NCBI GenBank assembly: GCA_038882955.1
Contig: JAVZNC010000002.1
Location: 1-64,000, forward strand
Length of the DNA stretch: 64,000 bases
Direction of reading: 5' to 3'
Source: Candidatus Bathyarchaeia archaeon
GTDB taxonomy: Archaea > Thermoproteota > Bathyarchaeia > Bathyarchaeales > Bathycorpusculaceae
Part shown: piece by piece, positions 19,031 to 28,390 of the stretch
Position numbering within the stretch: the first letter of the stretch is position 1
Layout of the letters: every line of letters begins with the position of its first letter
Made by a program: the position numbers and the translations under genes
The notes under the pieces: model-generated
Told to the model about the DNA's origin: nothing
What the model saw: the letters and a program-made list of their open reading frames with translations, nothing else
Database searches by the model: none

Positions 19031-20056
19031 ATGAAGGCAATGAGACTGCATGAATATAAACAACCTTTAAGGCTTGATGAAGTGGAAATTCAAAGACCTG
19101 GACCCAAAGATGCTGTAGTAAAGATAGATGCTTGTGGAGTCTGTCACACGGACATTCACCTAGCAGAGGGAGCCCTAACAACTGAAGTGTTCGGCGGTAA
19201 AAGACCATGGATTTTAGGACATGAAATTGCAGGCAAAGTTGTTGAGGTAGGCTCTGAAGTTGCAGATGTAAAAGTCGGTGATTCTGTTTTAATAGATTCT
19301 TGGACGGCATACGCATGCGGTTCTTGTATCATGTGCAGAACAGGGTTTGAGAACTGCTGCTTATACAACAGGCCAATAGGATTTGGCAGAGATGGAGGGT
19401 ACGCTGAATATATAACAGTTCCAGCTAAATCACTTATCAATATTGAAAATTTAATTCCAGAAGATGTTGCGCCTTTAGCTTGTGGTGGAGTTACTGTATT
19501 TAGAGCCATGCGAAAAGCAGCCGTGACGCCAAGCGACATTATCGTAATTTATGGGGCTGGAGGTTTAGGAATTTTTGCAGTTCAAATAGCGAAAGCTATG
19601 GGTTCAAAAGTTATAGCCATAAGCAGGTCTAGGGAAAAGCTGGAAATGGCAAGAAGATTTGGAGCAGATTACACCATTGATGCCACGAGAGACCCAGTTA
19701 AAGAAGTTCTAAAAATAACCGACGGACGAGGAGCAAATGTTGTTCTGGATTTGGTTGGTTTTGAGCAGACATTAGAGAATGGACTGAAAATGCTGGGCAT
19801 GCTGGGGCGATTTTTGGTTATTGGCGTAGGTCCTGGTCCGCTGAAGTGCCTTCCGGACACTGCCGTAAATTATGAACTGACAATATCTGGTGTAAAAGTT
19901 GGCACGCACAAAGATCTTATTGATCTAGTTGAACTAGCCAAAAGAGGTGTAATAAAGTCAATTACAACTAAAATTTTTAAACTTGAAGAAGTTAATGAAG
20001 CCTTTGAACAGATTAAAAGAGGGGAAATATTGGGAAGGTCTGTAGTTAAACCTTAA
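19031..20056 (+). CDS. Zn-dependent alcohol dehydrogenase (MDR family)
   Basis: CHTD, GHE, CGSCIMCxxxxxNC, GAGGLG. Confidence 0.9.
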   Translation: MKAMRLHEYKQPLRLDEVEIQRPGPKDAVVKIDACGVCHTDIHLAEGALTTEVFGGKRPWILGHEIAGKVVEVGSEVADVKVGDSVLIDSWTAYACGSCIMCRTGFENCCLYNRPIGFGRDGGYAEYITVPAKSLINIENLIPEDVAPLACGGVTVFRAMRKAAVTPSDIIVIYGAGGLGIFAVQIAKAMGSKVIAISRSREKLEMARRFGADYTIDATRDPVKEVLKITDGRGANVVLDLVGFEQTLENGLKMLGMLGRFLVIGVGPGPLKCLPDTAVNYELTISGVKVGTHKDLIDLVELAKRGVIKSITTKIFKLEEVNEAFEQIKRGEILGRSVVKP

Positions 20057-20117
20057 AAAGCTGACTAGGTAATAAGAGGACTCACGGTTCAGTGCCAATT
20101 TCCGATTTAAGGATGCA

Positions 20118-20130
20118 ATAAGTTTTATAT
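20118..20130 (+). promoter_or_regulatory. BRE/TATA promoter ATAAGTTTTATAT (rhodanese gene)
   Basis: Identical 13-mer at 21578-21590; 40 bp upstream of the ATG. Confidence 0.6.
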
Positions 20131-20170
20131 GCATTATGCTATGAAAAATTGCGAAATTGAGGAGATTGCG

Positions 20171-21460
20171 ATGGGAAAAAAGGCAACCGCATTTTTAGGC
20201 ATAATCATAATTTCAGCGCTAGTCCTACCATTTTCTATCAAAATCACTTATTCATCTCCAACACGCAGTATTCCCGCCATCGTCTCCACCGACTGGTTAA
20301 ACGCAAATCTCGGTCTTACAAACCTTGTTGTGCTTGACGTTAGAAGCCCAGACCTTTATGATGCTAGCCACATCCCAGGGGCGATAAACGTTCCTGAAGG
20401 CATGTGGTATGCGAATCCTCCTTTTGGCGCTAATTTACCTTGGATGGAAATGCCATCAGAAGATTATCTTTTTGAATTGATTGGCGACGCAGGCATAAAA
20501 AACGATTCTCTTGTGGTTGTGGTTGGCGGCACAAGCGGTCCGCTAGTTCCAATGCCTCTTGCCCTATACAGTATAGCTGGCATAACCAGAGTAGCCATGA
20601 CCCTACTGTATGCTGGCGTTGAAAATGTTGCCATTTTAGATGGAGGATATGACAAATGGGTAGCTGACGGATACTCCACTGAAAGTGGAACGGTTAGGCC
20701 GACTCCTGTAACGTATATTGGCACCGTAAAAAGCGATACGATTGTTGACAAGCAGTATGTAGCCAACAAACTCGGAGAAGCCATAATTATAGACGCCAGA
20801 GACGCCGAAGTCTATTTAGGTTTTATACAAGAACCTTGGGCTGCAAGACCAGGACACATTCCAACTGCCAGAAACTTCCCCACTCCTTGGCTATGGAATC
20901 TTAATCTCAACGTGTCTGGAACAGGCGTGATTTACGGGACATACAAAAATGTCGACATACTTGAAGCCTTTGCTGATTGCATAGTCGGCGCTAATAAGTC
21001 GAAGGAGATAATTGTTTACTGTGGTGTTGGCGGGTATGCAAGCACAATGTATTTTGTGCTTAGCGAAGTACTCAATTATACTAACGTGAAGGTTTATGAT
21101 GGTTCAGCACAAGAATGGACAAGCGACCTAACACTTCCAGTGGTATACGAGGATCTTGGATCCGAATACATGGAACTTCAAAACAACTATGACCAGCTTC
21201 AAAGCAATTATGAGCAACTTAGGCTCAATTATATTATGATTCAAAGTAACCTTACCGAGCTAGTTGGCAAATGTTTTGCGCTTGAAAGCGTCTACAATAC
21301 ACTTTCAGCCAAATATGATGAGTTGGAAGCAAAATACGACGAATTAACCAAAACAACGATGCCCGCATACTTAACATATCTCTTCATCGCGACAACCGTT
21401 GTCTTCGCAGTCATAGCAATATATGTGGCAGGGAAAGTTAAAACAACGACAAAGAGGTAG
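20171..21460 (+). CDS. Exported, membrane-anchored tandem rhodanese (sulfurtransferase) with coiled-coil stalk
   Basis: Signal peptide; SHIPGA, LDGGY..W, GHIP.A, active-site YCGVGGYAS, YDGS.QEW; heptad region and C-terminal TM. Confidence 0.85.
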   Translation: MGKKATAFLGIIIISALVLPFSIKITYSSPTRSIPAIVSTDWLNANLGLTNLVVLDVRSPDLYDASHIPGAINVPEGMWYANPPFGANLPWMEMPSEDYLFELIGDAGIKNDSLVVVVGGTSGPLVPMPLALYSIAGITRVAMTLLYAGVENVAILDGGYDKWVADGYSTESGTVRPTPVTYIGTVKSDTIVDKQYVANKLGEAIIIDARDAEVYLGFIQEPWAARPGHIPTARNFPTPWLWNLNLNVSGTGVIYGTYKNVDILEAFADCIVGANKSKEIIVYCGVGGYASTMYFVLSEVLNYTNVKVYDGSAQEWTSDLTLPVVYEDLGSEYMELQNNYDQLQSNYEQLRLNYIMIQSNLTELVGKCFALESVYNTLSAKYDELEAKYDELTKTTMPAYLTYLFIATTVVFAVIAIYVAGKVKTTTKR

Positions 21461-21577
21461 AACGCCACTTTAGCGCTGTCAAAATTCACATTCTCTTTTT
21501 ATTTTACTTCCGTTATAAGCAATTGAGGCTTCTAATTTATTCCTTGTATTCATTTTGAATCTTGCATTGGTAAGGAC

Positions 21578-21590
21578 ATAAGTTTTATAT
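21578..21590 (+). promoter_or_regulatory. BRE/TATA promoter ATAAGTTTTATAT (ABC binding-protein operon)
   Basis: Identical to 20118-20130; 49 bp upstream of the ATG. Confidence 0.6.
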
Positions 21591-21639
21591 ATGAATTTTA
21601 GAGATTAAAGTTGTACTCGAAAATGGAGGTTTCAATTCG

Positions 21640-22929
21640 ATGAAAAATCCTTTAATTTTAAGTAAACAAGCAATCACCAAAATACAAGCCATAGTAATCG
21701 CCATAATCATTGTTGTCGCAGCTATTGCAGGAGTGGCCTACTACATCTATATGGGTCCAGGGGCACCGCCAGAGAAAACAGAGATACTCATTGGTGTCGT
21801 GCACTCTAAAACTGGAGTTATGTCTCCTCAGATGATTTACCACATCTACCAGATGTGGCTTGTCAATGAAACTAATGCAAACGGTGGTTTATACGTGCCC
21901 GAGTACGGTAAAAAGCTACCTATTAGAGTCATAGAATATGATGACGAAAGTAATCTTGATAGGATGCTTCAGTTGACTGAAAAGCTCATAACAGAAGATA
22001 AAGTTGACCTTATTTTCGCACCTATAAGCACAGCCTTCTGCTTCGCCGCCTTCTCAACCTACGAGAAGTACCACTATCCAGTAATTGCCCTAACGTTTGG
22101 CTCCGACATTGCAGCGGAGAAAATGAGAACAGGTGAATACAAGTATTCATTTTCAGTGCTTGGCATGCCATCTGAAACGGGTAAAGAAGTGGCTGACCTC
22201 CTCGTGAATGTAAACGCAACCAAAACATCAATTTCCAAGATTGGCATACTCTTCCACGCGGATCAGCATGGTGTGGAATACGCCGGAGCTATACAAACAC
22301 ACCTGTTACTAGCAGGTTTCACAGTTCCAGTCTATCAAGGATATGAACCCTACGTAACCGACTTCACCCCAATGATAACAACTCTTAAAAATGCAAATGT
22401 TGATGTTGCAATCATCTGTGGCTACCAGGAAGGCTCAACATTTATAAAACAATGCGAAGCTCAAAACTTTAATCCGAAACTTATATTCACTGGTCCAACA
22501 ATAGAAGTTCCATTCCTAGTATATGGCCCATTCGGGTTCACAAAAGAAGAGCTTAGAGGCGTATGCTACTACGACGGTTGGCCAGCAACAGCCTACAACA
22601 CTCCACAGCTGCAAGCATGGCGCCAAAAGCATGTACAGCATTTTGGTTATGAACCATTCCCCGCATCAGCCGTATTCTACGCTGCAATTGAGTGTCTATT
22701 CCAAGCTGTTGAAAAGGTTGGTCTTGACAGAGAAAAAATTAGAAATGCGCTTGCAACACAAACTTTCAATACCACGGTTGGATTGACTAAGCTTAGGCCA
22801 GGTTACAGTATGCAATGTGAGTTGGCAGGAACGATAACTCAGTGGCAAGGCGGGGATATAATGGAGGTAGTTTGGCCGTTAAGTGCCAAATCAGCAGATA
22901 TAATAGCTCCAAAACCTGCGTGGCCATAG
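21640..22929 (+). CDS. ABC transporter substrate-binding protein, LivK/HAAT family
   Basis: N-terminal TM with class III-like signal (KQAITKIQ); NANGGL, YDDES, DKVDL, QWQ.G....VWP. Confidence 0.85.
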   Translation: MKNPLILSKQAITKIQAIVIAIIIVVAAIAGVAYYIYMGPGAPPEKTEILIGVVHSKTGVMSPQMIYHIYQMWLVNETNANGGLYVPEYGKKLPIRVIEYDDESNLDRMLQLTEKLITEDKVDLIFAPISTAFCFAAFSTYEKYHYPVIALTFGSDIAAEKMRTGEYKYSFSVLGMPSETGKEVADLLVNVNATKTSISKIGILFHADQHGVEYAGAIQTHLLLAGFTVPVYQGYEPYVTDFTPMITTLKNANVDVAIICGYQEGSTFIKQCEAQNFNPKLIFTGPTIEVPFLVYGPFGFTKEELRGVCYYDGWPATAYNTPQLQAWRQKHVQHFGYEPFPASAVFYAAIECLFQAVEKVGLDREKIRNALATQTFNTTVGLTKLRPGYSMQCELAGTITQWQGGDIMEVVWPLSAKSADIIAPKPAWP

Positions 22930-22974
22930 GCCAAAACATAGCCTTCTCTTTTTATTTTTTGGTGGGATAAAATC

Positions 22975-23835
22975 GTGTTGGATATACTTATTGGGGGCGC
23001 AATTTTAGGGGCAATATTTGCCTTAATTTCTGTTGGTCTTAACCTTCAGTATGGTGTTACTAGGATATTGAACATAGCTCACGGAGATTTCCTCATGCTT
23101 GGTGCCTACGTGACTTTCTTTTTCTTCAGTTTTTATGGTGTTAATCCGCTTGTTACTCTATTAATAAGCGGGCCTGTAGTCTTCTTTTTAGGCGTTTTAA
23201 TTCAAGTAGTTGTTTTCCGCAGATTGGTTTACATATCTAAGTCTGCTGAGGAGCTTGAATTTAGATCGCTTCTGGCATGTTTTGGTCTTTCATTTATCAT
23301 TCAAAATGTTGTCAAATTCATATTCGGCCCAACTCCAATAGGCAGTCCATACCTTAGCGAATCTGTAAATATACTTGGGGAAACTTTCCAGTTAAACATG
23401 ATTGTGGCTGCAATTATCTCTGTAGCAATCAGCGTTGCAATGTACTTTTTGCTACGCTCTACAAGAGCCGGGTTGGTTATGAGGGCTACAGTTGAAGAAC
23501 CGACCGGTGCGCAAATAGTTGGAATAAACATCCTCAAGATTCATGCTCTGTCGTTTGGCTTAGGTGCATTCTTAAGTGCAATAGCCGGCTCGTTATGGTC
23601 CATGATTTATTCGGACATAACTCCTTACAAAGGGCCAATTTTTACTTTTATTGCTTTGGCAATTATAGTTCTGGGTGGCATGGGAAGCTTTGTTGGTAGT
23701 TTGGTTGGAGGTTTCTTGTTAGGGTACATTTACTATATCACGTACAAATGGGAACCTCTCTTGTACATGGCGGTGGTGTACATTTTCCTCCTCATAATGT
23801 TAATAGTTAGACCAAAAGGGCTCTTCGGGAAATGA
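22975..23835 (+). CDS. livH: HAAT ABC transporter permease (LivH-like)
   Basis: GL.LQYG....N.AHG, GGMGS, RPKGLFG. Confidence 0.85.
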   Translation: MLDILIGGAILGAIFALISVGLNLQYGVTRILNIAHGDFLMLGAYVTFFFFSFYGVNPLVTLLISGPVVFFLGVLIQVVVFRRLVYISKSAEELEFRSLLACFGLSFIIQNVVKFIFGPTPIGSPYLSESVNILGETFQLNMIVAAIISVAISVAMYFLLRSTRAGLVMRATVEEPTGAQIVGINILKIHALSFGLGAFLSAIAGSLWSMIYSDITPYKGPIFTFIALAIIVLGGMGSFVGSLVGGFLLGYIYYITYKWEPLLYMAVVYIFLLIMLIVRPKGLFGK

Positions 23836-24791
23836 TCATGATGAACAAAACATTGGATGCTTGGAAAGTCTTTCCATTCCCCTTAATAGTTATAGTACTG
23901 GCTTTTGCACCATACTTTCTAAGCGTTTATTATCTGTCACTTTTAAGAACGGTTATTCTCTGGGTGACGCTCTCTGTAAGTTGGCATTTGTTTTCTGGCC
24001 TTACAAAATACGTCGCGTTAGGGTCAGCCGCCTTTTTCGGGTTAGGCTTGTACTTCACTGCAAAAGTCTTAAATTACTGGCCAATTTTGCCTTTTCCTGT
24101 CGTTGTTCTTTTGGCAGGGCTTTTAAATTTTGCAGCAGCTTTACTCATCGGCTTGATATCCCTAAGACTGAAGGGCATATATTTTGCAATAGTTACTTTT
24201 GGGATAAGTGAAATAATAAGAGTTGTCTTTCAATGGTGGGAAATAAGGATAACGGGCACGCGTGGAACGTATATTCCCATTTTCTTTAACGACCGAGAAG
24301 TATATTATGCAATATTGATAACTTCGCTTGCAATAATTTTGCTTGTCACATTTTTGCGCAAATCCAAGTTTGGCATCGCCTTAAGAATGATAGGTGAATG
24401 TGAGGAAGCTGCCGCGCATACAGGCGTAAACACAAGCATATTTAAAACTATAGGCTTCGCCGTTAGCGCCATGTGTATCGGTCTGATGGGAGCTAGTTTC
24501 ATGACCAGATTCACTTATTTGGACACCTCGATAGCCTTTGATTCATTGTATTCGTTTCTGCCTGCAGTAATGACTTTGCTTGGTGGAGCCGGAACGCCTT
24601 ACGGACCTGTGCTAGGTGCGGTGACAATGTCTTTGCTTAGCGAGTATCTCCGTGTTACTTATCCCCATATTTTCTTGATAATTCTTGGGGCAGTGCTGGT
24701 AGCCATTGTTTTGTTTATGCCAAATGGAATAATGGGGATTGTTGAAAAGTTAAAGGCTACACAGAGTATCAAGAAAAAGTTAGAGAGCTAA
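23832..24791 (+). CDS. livM: HAAT ABC transporter permease (LivM-like)
   Basis: LRLKGIYFAI.T, LGG.GT..GP, PNGI.G. Confidence 0.85.
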   Translation: MIMMNKTLDAWKVFPFPLIVIVLAFAPYFLSVYYLSLLRTVILWVTLSVSWHLFSGLTKYVALGSAAFFGLGLYFTAKVLNYWPILPFPVVVLLAGLLNFAAALLIGLISLRLKGIYFAIVTFGISEIIRVVFQWWEIRITGTRGTYIPIFFNDREVYYAILITSLAIILLVTFLRKSKFGIALRMIGECEEAAAHTGVNTSIFKTIGFAVSAMCIGLMGASFMTRFTYLDTSIAFDSLYSFLPAVMTLLGGAGTPYGPVLGAVTMSLLSEYLRVTYPHIFLIILGAVLVAIVLFMPNGIMGIVEKLKATQSIKKKLES

Positions 24792-25492
24792 AGACCCAAA
24801 AAAGCTTCCTTAACATAATCGTTATTCAGAAGATCTACGCCCTTCCCTTCCAGTGTTATTTTTCCAGTCTCCATTACATAGGCGCGGTCAGCACATTTTA
24901 ATGCTTGATTGACGTTTTGTTCTGCAAGTAAAATGCTGACTCCATGCTCTTTAAGTCTTCTTAAAGCTTCAAACACTTCTAAAGTGACTTTTGGCGCCAG
25001 TCCCTGTGATGGCTCATCCAAAATCAACAATTCTGGGTTTGACATTAAACCGCGTGCTATAGCAAGCATCCTCTGCTCTCCCCCGCTTAACGTGACAGTT
25101 ACTTGTTTTTCCCTATCCTTCAATACTGGAAAAAGCTGATAAACTTGTTTGATTGTTTCCTCTTTAGAGCCCTTTCCTCTAGAGCTGTAAGCGCCTAGAA
25201 TCAAGTTTTCACGAACCGTCATGCCAGCGAAAAGTTTTCTGTCTTCAGGTATAAACGCTATCCCTAAATCTACAATTTTGTACGGAGGCATGTTGTTAAT
25301 TTCTTTGCCGTTAAATCGAATAACTCCCGACGCTGGTTTTAATATTCCAGCAATTGCGCTTAAAAGACTTGTTTTTCCAGCTCCATTAGCGCCCACTAGC
25401 GTCACAAACTCGCCTTTTTCAACGTGAACAGAAACATCCCATAAAACCTGAATTTTACCGCGCAAAACATTTAACTGTTTAACTTCAAGCAC
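24788..25492 (-). CDS. livF: HAAT ABC transporter ATPase (LivF-like)
   Basis: GANGAGKT, PEDRKLF, LSGGEQRML, DEPS.GLAP; start refined to GTG 25492. Confidence 0.9.
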   Translation of the reverse strand: MLEVKQLNVLRGKIQVLWDVSVHVEKGEFVTLVGANGAGKTSLLSAIAGILKPASGVIRFNGKEINNMPPYKIVDLGIAFIPEDRKLFAGMTVRENLILGAYSSRGKGSKEETIKQVYQLFPVLKDREKQVTVTLSGGEQRMLAIARGLMSNPELLILDEPSQGLAPKVTLEVFEALRRLKEHGVSILLAEQNVNQALKCADRAYVMETGKITLEGKGVDLLNNDYVKEAFLGL

Positions 25493-26213
25493 AGCCTTCA
25501 CCCAAAAAAGCTTCAATGACCGACGGTTCCTTGGTTATTTCACAAGGCTTCCCCTCAGCTATCTTCATGCCTTGGTGAAGCGCCATAATACGATCCGTTA
25601 CCTCCATTATGGCGCGCATGTTGTGTTCAACCATAAAAATTGTGATTCCCTCGTCATCACGCAATCGTCTAATCACCTTAAGCAGCTGTACAGTTTCAGT
25701 TGGGTTTAAACCCGCCATCACTTCGTCTAATAATAGGAGTTCGGGTTTTATTGAAAGTGCTCGGGCAATTTCAAGCATTCTAAGCTGGAAAATTGTTAAG
25801 CTTGAAGCGGGCATCATGCTCTTTTCAGCTAATCCAAATTTTTCAAGTATCACATTGAGTTCACGTTTAAGGTCGGAAAACTTGCCTTTAGCACATCCAA
25901 AAAGAGCCGCCGCGTAAACATTCTCATAAACCGTCATGTTAAGGAAAGGTTTCGGTATTTGAAATGTTCTTCCGATGCCTAGCTTACAAATTTTGTGCGG
26001 CTTAAGACCAGTTATGTCTATACCTTTAAACTTTATTGTTCCAGAAGTTGGGCGAAACGCTCCAGATATCACGTTAAAAAGCGTGCTCTTTCCAGCTCCA
26101 TTAGGACCTATCAGACCAACTATTTCTCCTTCGCTTAAACTAAAATCCACGTTGTTTAGAGCAGTTAGCCCTCCGAATTTCTTTGTAACTTTTGTTCCTT
26201 CAATAAATTCCAA
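25485..26213 (-). CDS. livG: HAAT ABC transporter ATPase (LivG-like)
   Basis: FGGL.A, GPNGAGKS, RTFQ, DE..AGL, VEH. Confidence 0.9.
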   Translation of the reverse strand: MEFIEGTKVTKKFGGLTALNNVDFSLSEGEIVGLIGPNGAGKSTLFNVISGAFRPTSGTIKFKGIDITGLKPHKICKLGIGRTFQIPKPFLNMTVYENVYAAALFGCAKGKFSDLKRELNVILEKFGLAEKSMMPASSLTIFQLRMLEIARALSIKPELLLLDEVMAGLNPTETVQLLKVIRRLRDDEGITIFMVEHNMRAIMEVTDRIMALHQGMKIAEGKPCEITKEPSVIEAFLGEGCA

Positions 26214-26233
26214 GGTATTTTCCCCACAAATTG

Positions 26234-27556
26234 TTATTTGTACACGCCATACTTTTTAGTAGCGTCAATCATCGCCTTAACATTTTCAGGTTTTGCCTTA
26301 TCAATAACCGCTCCATTCATCAAAATAAATCCTCCGCCTTCGCCAGCAACATCTATAAGCGTCCTTACATATTCTTCCACATCTTTAGGAGTACCTACTT
26401 GCAACAATGCGCTCGGCACGTTACCTCCGATGCAAGCCACATCACCCAAGATTTCCTTGGCTTTGCCCATGTCAGTCTGATCAAAACCCCACAATGTCTT
26501 GCCCTTAGGCAAGTCTCTAATTATTTCTAGACGCGATCCATAGCCTCCTTCAGCCCATGGAAAAGGCACACATCCTTCATTAATTAAGCCTATGATAACT
26601 TTCTTGAGGGTGGGCCAGTAGAAAGTTTCAAACTGTTTTGTGGACATAAATCCGTCTGCACCCTTATGCAAGGGTATGAAAACTATTGGGTTTCCATTCA
26701 TCTTCGCTGCTGAAGCACCCATTTTAATCATTAAGGGCGTCATAACTTCCATTGCTTGTAAGAGCTTATCCTTATTGCGGTACATGTCAAGCATTATCCC
26801 TTTTGTTCCTCTTAGGGTATCGCCAAGCGTGTCGAATGGCGCTTTGGTTCCTCCACCCCAAAAGTTGGGAAAACCAGCAGCGGTAATTTCCTTCTCCCAC
26901 GTCGCTACGTGTCCTATCCACTTTAGGACTTCGTTTCCTGCATCCATCATTGCCTTCAAGGCAGCTTGGACGTCGGGGAAGCCGAATGGTATGAAATTGG
27001 CTGGGGTAAAGCCTCCATACATTTCCAGTACGTTAGTGAACTGTGGAAGCTTCTTGAAAGGCTCTAAAGCGCCAAATACCCTTGGAAAATAGGTTGTTAA
27101 GAAGAAGTTTGTTGGATCTTGAATCAAAAGGTCATATTCATCAGCCTTCATGTACTCGCCTTCAATGCATTGATAAGAATGTTCTGGAGAAACTCCATGT
27201 CCAGGCCAAGCATATAACTTGTAGTCAAGAATTTCGAAGAATTTTCCGGGGCCGGGACCTATCGCTCCTCCATGAGCGTCAGGCTCAAAGTCTAAAACAT
27301 ATTTTTTAAACGCGAAAGTAAGCTTTTCATAGTCATACATCATATCATAAGCAGTTAAGCCAACATAATAGGCTGGGAAAAACCCTACTATTGGATAAAC
27401 AGGCACTCGATCGGGCAATTTTTTCAACTGAATAGCGTCCTTTATCCTAGTCACTCTCTTCTTATAATCGTTTTCAGCTTTTTCGCTGGCAAAAGTTACG
27501 CCAGCAGGAGAAAGCCATCGTTTGAACAATTCCTCTCTTTTTTCATCTGCCGACAA
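26234..27556 (-). CDS. URO-D-superfamily substrate:corrinoid methyltransferase (MtoB/MtgB-like putative O-demethylase, MT1)
   Basis: PDRVP, YMK.DEYD, APFD.LGD.LRG.KG, PLHKG..GFMS, EG.Y..RLE, FD.TD, GNVP; immediately downstream of a corrinoid protein. Confidence 0.8.
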   Translation of the reverse strand: MSADEKREELFKRWLSPAGVTFASEKAENDYKKRVTRIKDAIQLKKLPDRVPVYPIVGFFPAYYVGLTAYDMMYDYEKLTFAFKKYVLDFEPDAHGGAIGPGPGKFFEILDYKLYAWPGHGVSPEHSYQCIEGEYMKADEYDLLIQDPTNFFLTTYFPRVFGALEPFKKLPQFTNVLEMYGGFTPANFIPFGFPDVQAALKAMMDAGNEVLKWIGHVATWEKEITAAGFPNFWGGGTKAPFDTLGDTLRGTKGIMLDMYRNKDKLLQAMEVMTPLMIKMGASAAKMNGNPIVFIPLHKGADGFMSTKQFETFYWPTLKKVIIGLINEGCVPFPWAEGGYGSRLEIIRDLPKGKTLWGFDQTDMGKAKEILGDVACIGGNVPSALLQVGTPKDVEEYVRTLIDVAGEGGGFILMNGAVIDKAKPENVKAMIDATKKYGVYK

Positions 27557-27559
27557 CTT

Positions 27560-28198
27560 TCACTCCACTCCTACCCACTTTTTTGCTAAAGATACCGCGT
27601 CCATTGCGTCTTTACCATAAGCATCAGCACCGACATATCGCCGTATCTCCTCGGTTATCTGGCCGCCTCCAATCATGATCTTTACTTTGTCCCTTAAACC
27701 CGCTTTTTCAATGGCTTCTACCGTCCTTTTCATAGATTCAAAGGCTAGTGTTAAGAAACCGCTTAGGCCAACAATTGTGGCGCCAGTCTCCTTTATTTTT
27801 TCAACAAACTTCTCCTCTGGAACATCCACGCCTAAGTCGTAAACTTCAAAGCCGTTAACCTCTAGCATGAAAACCACTATGTCTTTACCAATATCGTGTA
27901 TGTCGCCAGCAACTGTTCCAAAAACTATCTTGCCCAGACGTTTGATTTGTGTTTTCTTGGCTAGTTTAGGCTTTATCATAGCTGTTATTGTTTTAAGTAT
28001 CTCGCCAGCGTAGAGAAGGTCAGATATGAAGTATTCGCTATTGGCAAAACGGTTACCAACAATCTCCATTGCTCGGCGAATGTACTCCATTATCTTAAAT
28101 GGATCCTCGCCTGCCTTAAGCATGTCATTAACCATTTTAACAGCTTCTTCTTCCTTCAAGTCTGCCAAAGCATTAACGAATTCTTCTGAATTTACCAT
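27560..28198 (-). CDS. Methyltransferase corrinoid protein (MtoC/MtgC-like)
   Basis: B12 motif GDIHDIGK, LGVDV, GLSG, IGGG; start refined to ATG 28198. Confidence 0.92.
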   Translation of the reverse strand: MVNSEEFVNALADLKEEEAVKMVNDMLKAGEDPFKIMEYIRRAMEIVGNRFANSEYFISDLLYAGEILKTITAMIKPKLAKKTQIKRLGKIVFGTVAGDIHDIGKDIVVFMLEVNGFEVYDLGVDVPEEKFVEKIKETGATIVGLSGFLTLAFESMKRTVEAIEKAGLRDKVKIMIGGGQITEEIRRYVGADAYGKDAMDAVSLAKKWVGVE

Positions 28199-28390
28199 GG
28201 TCATCATCACTCGTGTTGATAATCTTTGTACGATAAAAAATTTGCTCTTAAAAGTTTTGGATCCAACATAAACCGTAATTATGCCGATCGTATATTTCTC
28301 GAAAAAGCACATGTGAAATTAAAGTATCCCTATGAAAAACTTAAAATTATCAGTTAGCATGACAAGCGAATAATGGTTGAGGGGGCACAC

